Shown: one piece after another, positions 1 through 6,877 of the stretch
Layout: each line of letters opens with the position of its first letter
How positions within the stretch are numbered: the stretch's first letter is position 1
DNA from: a virus
Strand: one strand, 5' to 3'
IMG/VR virus record: IMGVR_UViG_3300045988_009872
Length of the DNA: 41,918 nucleotides
Program-made: the position numbers and the translations under genes
Notes under the pieces: model-generated
Databases searched by the model: none
What the model was told of the DNA's origin: nothing
The model's input: the letters and a program-made list of their open reading frames with translations, nothing else

Positions 1-55
1 TTGGTGGAGGCGGCGGGAGTCGAACCCGCAACCGAATCCGCAAAAGCATTGATAT
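1..55 (-). repeat. att core, left copy: displaced 3'-terminal fragment of a tmRNA-like gene
   Basis: The same 55 nt recur at 41864-41918. The reverse complement reads GCGGG-TTCGACT-CCCGC-CGCCTCC-A-CCA. That gives a T-stem/T-loop, a 7-nt acceptor strand with U70 (G3:U70 Ala identity), discriminator A and an encoded CCA. The preceding ~25 nt cannot form an anticodon arm, so tmRNA is favoured over tRNA-Ala. Phage DNA follows from position 56. Confidence 0.8.
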
Positions 56-73
56 TACAAGGTTTTTTTAACT

Positions 74-96
74 CATCTGCAATTCCATCTGCAATT
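74..96 (+). promoter_or_regulatory. two tandem CATCTGCAATT repeats (candidate integrase arm-type sites)
   Basis: CATCTGCAATT occurs at 74-84 and 86-96. The same motif occurs three more times at 41710-41743, beside the other att copy. Confidence 0.45.
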
Positions 97-416
97 TATT
101 TTTCGAACTTCCGCATGACGCTATTATAGACGCGCTCGTTTACAATTTTCAAGCTGTCCATCAGTTCGTCCATGATCTCCCACGCTTTGTCCGGCGAAAC
201 ATCTGCCACTGCGCGCAAAAAATCGCTGTCGCCGTATGTTTCGACGTTGACCGGCGCGGGTGCTGCGGAGTATGCCATTGGCAAAGCCCTCTCTCTGATG
301 CCGCTTTGCTGGCCACGGATGGCATACAGCACGGCAAGGCGCTCATAGTTTGTCCAGCTCGATTCTTCCGTTTCGAGGCGAGCTATCCAGCGATTGACCT
401 CATTCTCGTCGACCAT
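96..416 (-). CDS. hypothetical protein (106 aa)
   Basis: ORF track. It is the last gene of the minus-strand accessory cluster. No motif was recognised. Confidence 0.55.
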   Translation of the reverse strand: MVDENEVNRWIARLETEESSWTNYERLAVLYAIRGQQSGIRERALPMAYSAAPAPVNVETYGDSDFLRAVADVSPDKAWEIMDELMDSLKIVNERVYNSVMRKFEK

Positions 417-431
417 AGGGGCGCACCCCCT

Positions 432-839
432 TTAGCCCTCGATCGTGTCCATGCAACGCTGGATGGCTCTGCGGATGCTTTCGTCGTCGGCGTTGTCCAG
501 CATTTCCTGCAACTGGCGTTTCATGTTGTCGATGCCGCCGTCGCGGGAGTAGTGGCCACGGACGTAGTGCGTGCCGCGTCTCGCATTGGACATGTCACGG
601 TCATAAGCGCCGCGCATACCCGACTGCCAGTCTCCGTCGCGGGAATAGCGGCGAGAATAGTCTTCATCGCGGGAATAGCCGTCGTCCTCCAACATCTCGA
701 TTTTATCGATGTTTTTGATGGTGTCCGTCAGCTTGTGCGCAATTTCGAGATCGCCCGCGCCAAGCTCACCCTTACGTGCCAGCTCGTCGAGTTCGTCGCA
801 CAGCATATTACGCAGATCATACATTGCTTTCTTGCTCAT
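432..839 (-). CDS. hypothetical protein with helical N-terminus and Tyr/Ser/Arg/Asp-rich centre
   Basis: ORF 432..869 trimmed to the ATG at 839, which lies 7 nt after GGAG. The centre carries YSRD-type repeats. No family was recognised. Confidence 0.55.
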   Translation of the reverse strand: MSKKAMYDLRNMLCDELDELARKGELGAGDLEIAHKLTDTIKNIDKIEMLEDDGYSRDEDYSRRYSRDGDWQSGMRGAYDRDMSNARRGTHYVRGHYSRDGGIDNMKRQLQEMLDNADDESIRRAIQRCMDTIEG

Positions 840-852
840 GTCCATTCTCCTT

Positions 853-1275
853 TCACGCGATTCTCTCAACCGTCAGGTTCGAGTTGGCGAAGTTGACGGC
901 CTGATTGCTGGTGTTTTCCATTGCGACCGTCAGGAAGCAGCCTTTCGGGACGCAGACTTGCGCGGAAACGTAAATGTTAAAGTAGTTCCCTACCGCCGCA
1001 GGCGTGACAGTCGCCGTTGCACTGGTCAGCGGCTCTCCGTTAATGGCAAGCGCCGCCGTGATGGCCTCAACCGTGCCTCCGGTGGGAATAGCGATGTTGC
1101 CGCCAAAGGAGACCCTAAACAGAGCGCGGTTTTGATTGGTGAGGCCGCGCAGCGTGATTTGGCCGCTTCCTTCTCTATGCACAATACACGCTTTCCCGCT
1201 TACCGCTGTAGCATCCAAAGGAACGCTTTGATTTGACGCAACAGTTACAATGTTGTTATTTACATATTCTGCCAT
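853..1275 (-). CDS. hypothetical beta-rich protein, possibly BclA-C-terminal / DUF3992-like jelly-roll
   Basis: ORF trimmed to the ATG at 1275 (AAAGGAA upstream). It has an alternating beta-strand pattern and ends in NLTVERIA, as exosporium/appendage jelly-roll domains do. This is similarity by recollection only. Confidence 0.5.
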   Translation of the reverse strand: MAEYVNNNIVTVASNQSVPLDATAVSGKACIVHREGSGQITLRGLTNQNRALFRVSFGGNIAIPTGGTVEAITAALAINGEPLTSATATVTPAAVGNYFNIYVSAQVCVPKGCFLTVAMENTSNQAVNFANSNLTVERIA

Positions 1276-1280
1276 AAATA

Positions 1281-1946
1281 TCATTCCTTTCGTTTACAAA
1301 TTCTTTTTGGCTTTTCAAATATTTCCTCGCCCGTCCATCCTCTCGAATGTCTATGATATGCAAGCGCTCTATCAAAATTAAGCAAGTCGCACCACTCGGC
1401 TATTGTCTTGGAATCCCCTTTATAAGTAACATAAACATTGTCTCGCCTGTTTCTACATTGCCATTTATTGTTTATCCAACGACAATTTTCAGGGCAATAG
1501 CCTTTTTCATTGTCTTTTCTATCAAGCGATAAAGTTTCATTATACCCATTGGCTATCGCCCAATTATAAAAACAAGAAAAATCGTTTGCCCATTCGGAAC
1601 ATACCGAAACGCCCCTACCGCCATATCTGCCGAAGTCTTTTGAACTCTGATTATTGCATCGGCATTTCATGCCATGCCATATACGATAAAGACGCGTATT
1701 TTTCATTCCGTGCGTTTTATGCTTATCTCCAGATAGTTTACCGGCCATACATCCACAACTATTTATCCTCCGGTCTTTTAACTGGTCAGAACGAACGCGA
1801 ACATACTTTCCGCAATCACACTTACAAAGCCATCTTCTGGTGTCTTTGTTTATACTATATCCCTCTCGCTCATTTGCCGGAATGAAACGGACAACAGTTA
1901 AATAGTTTATGCGCTGGCCTGTGTAATCTACTTTTGGTGTTTTCAT
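1281..1946 (-). CDS. HNH_3-like / Zn-finger nuclease-like protein (homing-endonuclease-like)
   Basis: Motifs seen: CKCDCG...SCGC, RLYRIWHGMKCRC, YGGRGVSVCSEW and LDRKDNEKGYCPENCRW. RBS is GGAGGA. The gene lies in a visibly AT-rich island (about 1285-2230). Confidence 0.6.
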   Translation of the reverse strand: MKTPKVDYTGQRINYLTVVRFIPANEREGYSINKDTRRWLCKCDCGKYVRVRSDQLKDRRINSCGCMAGKLSGDKHKTHGMKNTRLYRIWHGMKCRCNNQSSKDFGRYGGRGVSVCSEWANDFSCFYNWAIANGYNETLSLDRKDNEKGYCPENCRWINNKWQCRNRRDNVYVTYKGDSKTIAEWCDLLNFDRALAYHRHSRGWTGEEIFEKPKRICKRKE

Positions 1947-1964
1947 AAGGTACGTCCTCCTACA

Positions 1965-1992
1965 ATAATTTAATTAAGCTTAATTAAATTAT
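1965..1992. promoter_or_regulatory. 28-bp perfect palindrome (operator) overlapping the -10 of the minus-strand promoter
   Basis: The sequence ATAATTTAATTAAG|CTTAATTAAATTAT is a perfect palindrome. A third half-site, CTTAATTAAATT, lies at 2034-2045. The minus-strand promoter is TTGAAA (2011-2016) -17- TATAAT (1988-1993). A plus-strand promoter candidate is TTGATT (2007-2012) -17- TAAACT (2030-2035). Confidence 0.6.
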
Positions 1993-2059
1993 ATCACACT
2001 TTTTTCTTGATTTCAAGAAATAATTGTGTTAAACTTAATTAAATTTTAGGAGGTGTGTT

Positions 2060-2221
2060 ATGGCCCAAAACGAACTAAAGAACAGAGCGCGTTTCTCTAC
2101 CACCATAAGCTTCGAGACAGAGCGAGCGCTAAAAGAGTATTCAAAGGAAACCGGTGTTCCAATTAGCAAAATTGTTGACAAAGCAATTCGCCAATATTTA
2201 GAAAGCAAAGGAAATACTTAA
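2060..2221 (+). CDS. ribbon-helix-helix (CopG/Arc-like) DNA-binding protein, 53 aa
   Basis: Below the ORF-track cutoff. RBS TAGGAGGTG at 2047-2055. Translation: MAQNELKNRARFSTTISFETERALKEYSKETGVPISKIVDKAIRQYLESKGNT. The beta-strand followed by two helices is typical of RHH proteins. Confidence 0.65.
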   Translation: MAQNELKNRARFSTTISFETERALKEYSKETGVPISKIVDKAIRQYLESKGNT

Positions 2222-2229
2222 AAAATACA

Positions 2230-2253
2230 GCGGCGAGGCAATAGCCCCGCCGC
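2230..2253 (-). terminator. intrinsic terminator between convergent genes
   Basis: Hairpin GCGGCGAGG / CCCCGCCGC. On the minus strand it is followed by TGTATTTTT. Confidence 0.6.
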
Positions 2254-2334
2254 GTTGTTGTCAGTATCGGCACGGGGCCGACCATCTCGGTAGCGTCACC
2301 GATATGGTGACCGAGAAGCTATGCTATGCAGTTG

Positions 2335-3069
2335 TCAGCAGCCGCAGCCCTGATTGCAGCCGCAGCCGCCGTAACCGCTGCCTGCCCACGGGTTACAGGT
2401 AATGTAGGCAGGCGAAGGGCACGGACGAAGCTGAGAGATCAGATAGTTGTTCTGCGCGGCCTGAGATGCCGCCAGCTTCAGATTCTGATTCTCGGTCTGG
2501 AGGTCGGACAGTTTGCTCTGCGTCAGGAAGTCGAGGATGGCGCGGCTGTTCTGGTTGTTCGCGTCAATAATGTCGCGCGTGGCGTTCTGTACGGTGTTGC
2601 GCGTGTCGCACGCCTGCGTCGCCATGTCGTAGCGCACCTGGGCGATAGCTGCACGGTTTTCGCAGCAACACTCAGCGGCCTGCATCTGCATGGCAGTCAA
2701 CTGCTGCATGAGAGCCGCCTGCTGGTTACTGCGGGAAAGCTCAGCCTGTGCAAAGCCGTTGGCCATTGCCATGTTGGTGCCGTTGACAAGCTGCGCCTGC
2801 TGGTAAAATCCGTCGCAAAGGCCCTGATTTACACTGTCGATCTTACGCTCGACATTAGCAAAATCAGAGGTCAGCACATAGCCATCGACCACGCCGCCGG
2901 AATTGCCAGCGTTGTTGCCCCAGCCGTTGCCGCCCCAGCCAAAGACGGCAAAAATGAGGAAGAGAATAATGAGCCATGCGCCGTCACCGCCCCAGCCGAA
3001 ACCGCCGCCGTTGTTGGTAGGCGAGACCGGCATGGTCAGCATGGGAGCGCCGCCATCGGAAAGAGACAT
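2335..3069 (-). CDS. membrane-anchored Gly/Trp-rich, Gln/Asn-rich, Cys-cluster protein
   Basis: YjcZ-like N-terminus GGGFGWGGDGAWLIILFLIFAVFGWGGNGWG. A long Q/N-rich helical region contains AECCCENR. The C-terminus is GSGYGGCGCNQGCGC. Confidence 0.7.
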   Translation of the reverse strand: MSLSDGGAPMLTMPVSPTNNGGGFGWGGDGAWLIILFLIFAVFGWGGNGWGNNAGNSGGVVDGYVLTSDFANVERKIDSVNQGLCDGFYQQAQLVNGTNMAMANGFAQAELSRSNQQAALMQQLTAMQMQAAECCCENRAAIAQVRYDMATQACDTRNTVQNATRDIIDANNQNSRAILDFLTQSKLSDLQTENQNLKLAASQAAQNNYLISQLRPCPSPAYITCNPWAGSGYGGCGCNQGCGC

Positions 3070-3173
3070 AGTATCACTCCTTTGAAAGATTTTTATTCAT
3101 CAAATCGTGGCCACGATGTTGATTTTGCCAAAAGTTGAACAAACACTTTGCTTAAATCTTGCTTAGACTTTGC

Positions 3174-3380
3174 TTATTGCATCAGACTTTGAAACTGCTT
3201 TGCCATCTGTTGCAGCTGGTTTAACTGCGCCTGAGAGAGCTTACCGCTCTGCAAAAGTTTTTCAACCTCCGCTTTGGGGTCACCATGAAAATTTGCCTTG
3301 AATTGCTGGAACTGCTGCAGCATCTGCATGAAGCCGTTCCCTCCGCCGAGCGCTCCGAAAAAGGGATTATTCATCGCCAT
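3174..3380 (-). CDS. small Gln-rich hypothetical protein
   Basis: ORF track. It overlaps the upstream gene end by 14 nt. Confidence 0.5.
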   Translation of the reverse strand: MAMNNPFFGALGGGNGFMQMLQQFQQFKANFHGDPKAEVEKLLQSGKLSQAQLNQLQQMAKQFQSLMQ

Positions 3381-3801
3381 CGTCCTCCTTGTGCTTCTTC
3401 TTGCCCTTTATTTCGCCCACAAGCGCCGCCAGACGGTCGAACTCATCGCGGGTGACAAACTTATCATCCATTTTTTTAGTATCATGAGGTTTGTTTTCAG
3501 CGTCTTCCGTGTAATTAAACGTCCTCATTGGAATAGGCGTGCCGCTTGCGTCTCGCTCCTTGATGTGGAAAACCATCGAGTTTGTTTCAAAGATAATTAC
3601 TCGAGAATTTGGGGCGACCATAAACCCATTTGCTTCTTCTTTTCCTCCGCTAATCCATACAACGCTTGTCTGCATTTGCTGCGGTTGAGCCGTTTGCGCA
3701 GGCATTTGTGGCTGCATCATCTGTTGCTGCCGCATCTGCATGAGGTTGTCCGGCATCGGCGGCGGATAATAGGGGTTGAAATAGGGATATGCCATGTTCA
3801 T
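3367..3801 (-). CDS. hypothetical protein with Pro/Gln/Met-rich N-terminus
   Basis: ORF track. It overlaps the upstream gene end by 4 nt (3798-3801). Confidence 0.55.
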   Translation of the reverse strand: MNMAYPYFNPYYPPPMPDNLMQMRQQQMMQPQMPAQTAQPQQMQTSVVWISGGKEEANGFMVAPNSRVIIFETNSMVFHIKERDASGTPIPMRTFNYTEDAENKPHDTKKMDDKFVTRDEFDRLAALVGEIKGKKKHKEDDGDE

Positions 3802-4181
3802 TCCTCCGTTTCTTTTACCCAGTAATAAAGCGGGATTTCGTTCTCACTGTTCCAGCTGTCGTAGATCGTCCCATCCTGCACGCACACTACATGTCCGGAG
3901 AGGGCGAGAATATACGTACCGTGCGGGTGGTCATCGGCAAACCTCCCGACCGTGTAGCAGTCCGGGCAAGTGTCCGGCATGATGTAGCGCCGATAGCCGA
4001 GAGACCGCAGATACGCGCCCCAACAGGCATTTGCATTGGGAAGATCGCCGTCTAAGTATCCCTGTATGCACAGAGCTAAATAGATCTCGCCCCAGTCTTT
4101 CCCGGTCGCCTTGCAAATCGCGCGCACGGTGCAGTCGCTGACGTTGCGTCCGTTTGGATTCGGGTTGAAATAGCTATACAT
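3798..4181 (-). CDS. hypothetical protein, possible papain-like Cys peptidase fold
   Basis: Trimmed to the ATG at 4181 (MYSYFNPNPNG). Candidate Cys/His/Asp triad: DCTVRAI, SGHVVCV, YDSW. The assignment is weak. Confidence 0.55.
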   Translation of the reverse strand: MYSYFNPNPNGRNVSDCTVRAICKATGKDWGEIYLALCIQGYLDGDLPNANACWGAYLRSLGYRRYIMPDTCPDCYTVGRFADDHPHGTYILALSGHVVCVQDGTIYDSWNSENEIPLYYWVKETEE

Positions 4182-4296
4182 GGAACATCTCCGCAAAGTA
4201 AACGTATGTTCTCAATTCGTCAGGGTCAGGAAAAAGCGCGAGAATGTCCATCGCCATTTGCTCGGTAAATCCACAAGCCAAAAGTCGTTCGTACAT
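4174..4296 (-). CDS. small hypothetical protein (40 aa)
   Basis: Below the track cutoff. RBS is AGAAGGTG. Its stop overlaps the next ATG by 8 nt. Translation: MYERLLACGFTEQMAMDILALFPDPDELRTYVYFAEMFHV. Confidence 0.4.
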   Translation of the reverse strand: MYERLLACGFTEQMAMDILALFPDPDELRTYVYFAEMFHV

Positions 4297-4353
4297 CTCG
4301 CGCACCTTCTTTCTTATTCTGTTTTTATGATGCCATAAAATTCGTTTGCCAAA

Positions 4354-4381
4354 TGGTCATCGTTTGGTCATTATTTGGTCA
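4354..4381. promoter_or_regulatory. three TGGTCA direct repeats with 11-bp period
   Basis: TGGTCA occurs at 4354, 4365 and 4376, between divergent transcription units. The helical phasing suggests regulator binding sites. Confidence 0.5.
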
Positions 4382-4402
4382 AAAAATATTTCAAAAAAGC
4401 TC

Positions 4403-4431
4403 TTGACATACCACGCATTGCGTGGTATTAT
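4403..4431 (+). promoter_or_regulatory. sigma-A-type promoter with operator palindrome in the spacer
   Basis: TTGACA (4403-4408), a 17-nt spacer, then TATTAT (4426-4431) preceded by TGG. The inverted repeat ACCACGCA-T-TGCGTGGT (4410-4426) fills the spacer. Confidence 0.7.
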
Positions 4432-4475
4432 AATCACGTAAACAAAAGAGGGCAACAGCCCAGGAGGATATAAAA

Positions 4476-4745
4476 ATGAAGCTTACCGATGGAAAGAAGA
4501 CCGTGGAGATCAAGATCCAGCGTTGGAACGGTTCCGGCTATGACCCTGATTGGAGCGCCGATTACTTTAACGCAGGCTCCCTCCCGTACGATGAAGAGAC
4601 CGACACCTACACCGTCGAAGATGTAGATTACTGCATCGAGACCGCGAACAAAACAAACGAAGACGGCGCTTGCGGCAAGTACGACGAGAACGGCGATCTT
4701 GTCCGCGACGAAGACATGTTCGTTTTTGTCGAGGAGCTGAATTAA
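4476..4745 (+). CDS. small very acidic protein (89 aa)
   Basis: RBS AGGAGG at 4462-4467. Hand count gives 23 Asp/Glu against 8 Lys/Arg. No family was recognised. Confidence 0.7.
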   Translation: MKLTDGKKTVEIKIQRWNGSGYDPDWSADYFNAGSLPYDEETDTYTVEDVDYCIETANKTNEDGACGKYDENGDLVRDEDMFVFVEELN

Positions 4746-4759
4746 AGGAGGAGTTTACC

Positions 4760-5137
4760 ATGACCGATAAGCAGTTTTACAGCATCTTTTCGGACGCGCT
4801 CTCGAACGAGGGCGCGCCCCGCGAAGCCTTTGTCTCCGATTGGGCCCTTAGTTCCATTTGGGACGACGATAATCAAGATGTTCCGGAGGAGCGTATTGCC
4901 GAGGTCGGTGGTATTTGGGATGTTGCTCATCTATCGATCTGCGACATCCGCCAGTATACGGGGCTGTCTCAGGCGAAATTTGCAACTCGCTTTTGCATCC
5001 CTCGCCGATCTATCGAGGACTGGGAGTCCGGTGCAAGGCACTGCCCCGACTATCTGCGGTTGTTGCTCGCACAGGCCGTTGGATTGTACAACGATCGTCG
5101 GTTTTGCGGCCAGATCAATTCTCGCCATGCGGACTAA
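4760..5137 (+). CDS. HTH (XRE/antitoxin-like) DNA-binding protein
   Basis: ORF 4670..5137 trimmed to the ATG at 4760, after AAAGGAGGAG. The HTH reads QYTGLSQAKFATRFCIPRRSIEDWESGARHCPDYLRLLL. Confidence 0.7.
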   Translation: MTDKQFYSIFSDALSNEGAPREAFVSDWALSSIWDDDNQDVPEERIAEVGGIWDVAHLSICDIRQYTGLSQAKFATRFCIPRRSIEDWESGARHCPDYLRLLLAQAVGLYNDRRFCGQINSRHAD

Positions 5138-5717
5138 AAAATGTGTAACCTGCGGCAAGATTTTTTCCACCGATCGCGCAGAGCAGGCGAAGTGCGAGGA
5201 CTGCCTTGCCGCATCCCGGTCAACCACCCTGCGCACGCGAACCTGCCACACCTGCGGGGCCAACTTCATCGGAGGGCCCAGAGCCAGCTACTGCCCAACC
5301 TGTCGGGCAGAGCGGCAGAAGGCCCAGAAGCAAAAGTACCGGGCCACCGGTTTTTCCCGGCATCTGGGAGATATCGATAACTGCGTGATCTGCGGTGGAG
5401 AGTATGTCATCCAATCTGGCTTGCAAAAGTATTGTCCAAAATGCGCCCCGGATGCCGTCCGCGAGATCGACCGCGCGCAGTCAAAAAACTGGAATACCGC
5501 ACACGATTACTACATAAAACGCCGCAAAAAATCCCGCAGCGGCGTAAAGGTCTGTGTTGTCTGCGGCCGGGAGATAGTGCCCGGTACCCCTACCGTCACC
5601 TGTTCCCCCGAGTGCGCCGCCGCCCACCGAAAAGAGGTTCAGAAACGCGCGGACGCCAAGCGCCGGAGCGGGACGAAATCAAAGCAAAACGAAGTCAAAA
5701 AAGAGAGCACCGATTAA
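5127..5717 (+). CDS. protein with four CxxC...CxxC zinc-ribbon units and a Lys/Arg-rich tail
   Basis: ORF 4830..5717 trimmed to the ATG at 5127, which overlaps the upstream gene end. Four pairs of CxxC motifs are present. Confidence 0.6.
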   Translation: MRTKKCVTCGKIFSTDRAEQAKCEDCLAASRSTTLRTRTCHTCGANFIGGPRASYCPTCRAERQKAQKQKYRATGFSRHLGDIDNCVICGGEYVIQSGLQKYCPKCAPDAVREIDRAQSKNWNTAHDYYIKRRKKSRSGVKVCVVCGREIVPGTPTVTCSPECAAAHRKEVQKRADAKRRSGTKSKQNEVKKESTD

Positions 5718-5731
5718 CCTCGGTGCTCTCT
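5702..5731. terminator. bidirectional terminator between convergent genes
   Basis: Perfect 12-bp stem AGAGAGCACCGA / TCGGTGCTCTCT. The flanking A6 on plus equals a U-tract on the minus strand. Confidence 0.7.
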
Positions 5732-5959
5732 TTGCCCATCCGCGATTTTTTTGTATGCTCGCCTGCGGCAGCGGTTGACCGCCTCCGGCGACAGGTGCAG
5801 CGCTGCACACACTTGCGCGTAGCTCTTGCGCCGCACGTCGCACTCGATAATGCACGCCGCCTCGTCCTGCGGCAGCTCGAAGGATAAGATATACGCCACG
5901 GCCCGCTTGGGGGCCATAGAGGATAATTGCGCGCGGATTGACCTGTGCTGACTGTCCAT
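5714..5959 (-). CDS. small sigma-70 region-4-like HTH protein
   Basis: The C-terminal 60 aa (ILSFELPQDEAACIIECDVRRKSYAQVCAALHLSPEAVNRCRRRAYKKI) resemble sigma region 4. The start is uncertain (ATG at 5959 or 5917) and neither has a good RBS. Confidence 0.5.
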   Translation of the reverse strand: MDSQHRSIRAQLSSMAPKRAVAYILSFELPQDEAACIIECDVRRKSYAQVCAALHLSPEAVNRCRRRAYKKIADGQREHRG

Positions 5960-6036
5960 GCCCGTGTAGGGCTTGCAGAGGCGCTTGCGCGTGGGCTTTC
6001 GCCGCCCGCTCCTTCCTGTGCCCGAATCGGACACCG

Positions 6037-6645
6037 TTATTTTGTTGCTCTCTGGATCATCGTCACGACTTCCTGCCGCGTGATAAGTCTCTGCGGCGCG
6101 CTGCCGTCCGTAATGCCAGCCGCCTTTGCCGCCGCCCAGTCCTTCGCCGCCCACGAAGAGACGGGCTTGGTGCCGAGCTGCGATAAATAGCTGTCCATCA
6201 TCTTGTTAAACGTTGCCTGATCCATGTACTCCTCCATTTCCGGCGGGTACTTCCCCGCCAAGATCATGCTCCCTGTGTATCGCATATGGTCGTCCCATTG
6301 AAAATGCGGCTTGTCGGGGAATTTCTTCCAGTCGCCCCCCCACGAAAAACCGACTTGCTTGCCGATCTGCCCGCAGCGGGCGAAGAACGACGGATCGTCG
6401 TACTCATGCCCCTTGACGTTTTTGCAGATGTCGAACGCCAGCCCCGCCTTAACGCCGTGGAACGTCGGCCTTGTCGCGTTTTTCGCCGCGTAGCCCATGC
6501 GCGCAAGATAGCGCTGATACTCGTCATCTCGCACCGTCTCCGTCACCAGAACCGGAAGCCCCGCTTCCTTGCAGAGGTCGAGGAAGATGACACAGTTTGC
6601 GCGCACGTCCGCCCGCAGGTCAGCAATGTCCCTACTGTGATACAT
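6037..6645 (-). CDS. endolysin: peptidase M15 (VanY / L-Ala-D-Glu peptidase-like) with SLH-like C-terminus
   Basis: ORF 6037..6846 trimmed to the ATG at 6645 (AAGGGTGA upstream). Motifs: GLAFDI, SWGGDW..FPDKPHFQ, and a C-terminal ITDGSAPQRLITRQEVVTMI. Confidence 0.85.
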   Translation of the reverse strand: MYHSRDIADLRADVRANCVIFLDLCKEAGLPVLVTETVRDDEYQRYLARMGYAAKNATRPTFHGVKAGLAFDICKNVKGHEYDDPSFFARCGQIGKQVGFSWGGDWKKFPDKPHFQWDDHMRYTGSMILAGKYPPEMEEYMDQATFNKMMDSYLSQLGTKPVSSWAAKDWAAAKAAGITDGSAPQRLITRQEVVTMIQRATK

Positions 6646-6877
6646 CGCTGTCACCCTTGCCGTCCTCGTCCTTGCTTTTGTTGTAGCTGGACGTCGACAC
6701 GCCGATGAGCGCGCCGATAAACAGCGCCACGGCGCTGATGGTGGTCGTGACCTGCTCGGTGTACCCCCACCCCCACACACCCGCGAGGGCGGCGTAGAGG
6801 CCGGAGCAGGCGGGCAGTACGATGAGCACGAGCCACTTGAGCACATCGTACACCTTGTTATTCAGTTCAAATTTCAT
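6632..6877 (-). CDS. holin (phi LC3/LL-H-like)
   Basis: Trimmed to MKFELNNKVYDVLKWLVLIVLPA after AAAGGAGAAG. Two TM segments, and the gene overlaps the endolysin start. Confidence 0.8.
   Translation of the reverse strand: MKFELNNKVYDVLKWLVLIVLPACSGLYAALAGVWGWGYTEQVTTTISAVALFIGALIGVSTSSYNKSKDEDGKGDSDVSQ

Noticed and set aside
1-55. att repeat as the 3' half of a tRNA-Ala gene
   Set aside because: The T-arm and Ala-type acceptor fit. However, the 17 nt that would form the anticodon stem-loop (CAATG/CTTTTGC/GGATT) do not base-pair, and the loop would read TTT rather than an Ala anticodon. tmRNA is therefore favoured, though only 55 nt are visible.
6646-6846. N-terminal 67-aa extension of the endolysin ORF (also 6867-7361 and 5960-6154)
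   Set aside because: The extensions are Ser/Arg/Pro-rich read-through of overlapping holin-region frames. Internal ATGs with RBS and start-stop coupling give products with the expected family N-termini.
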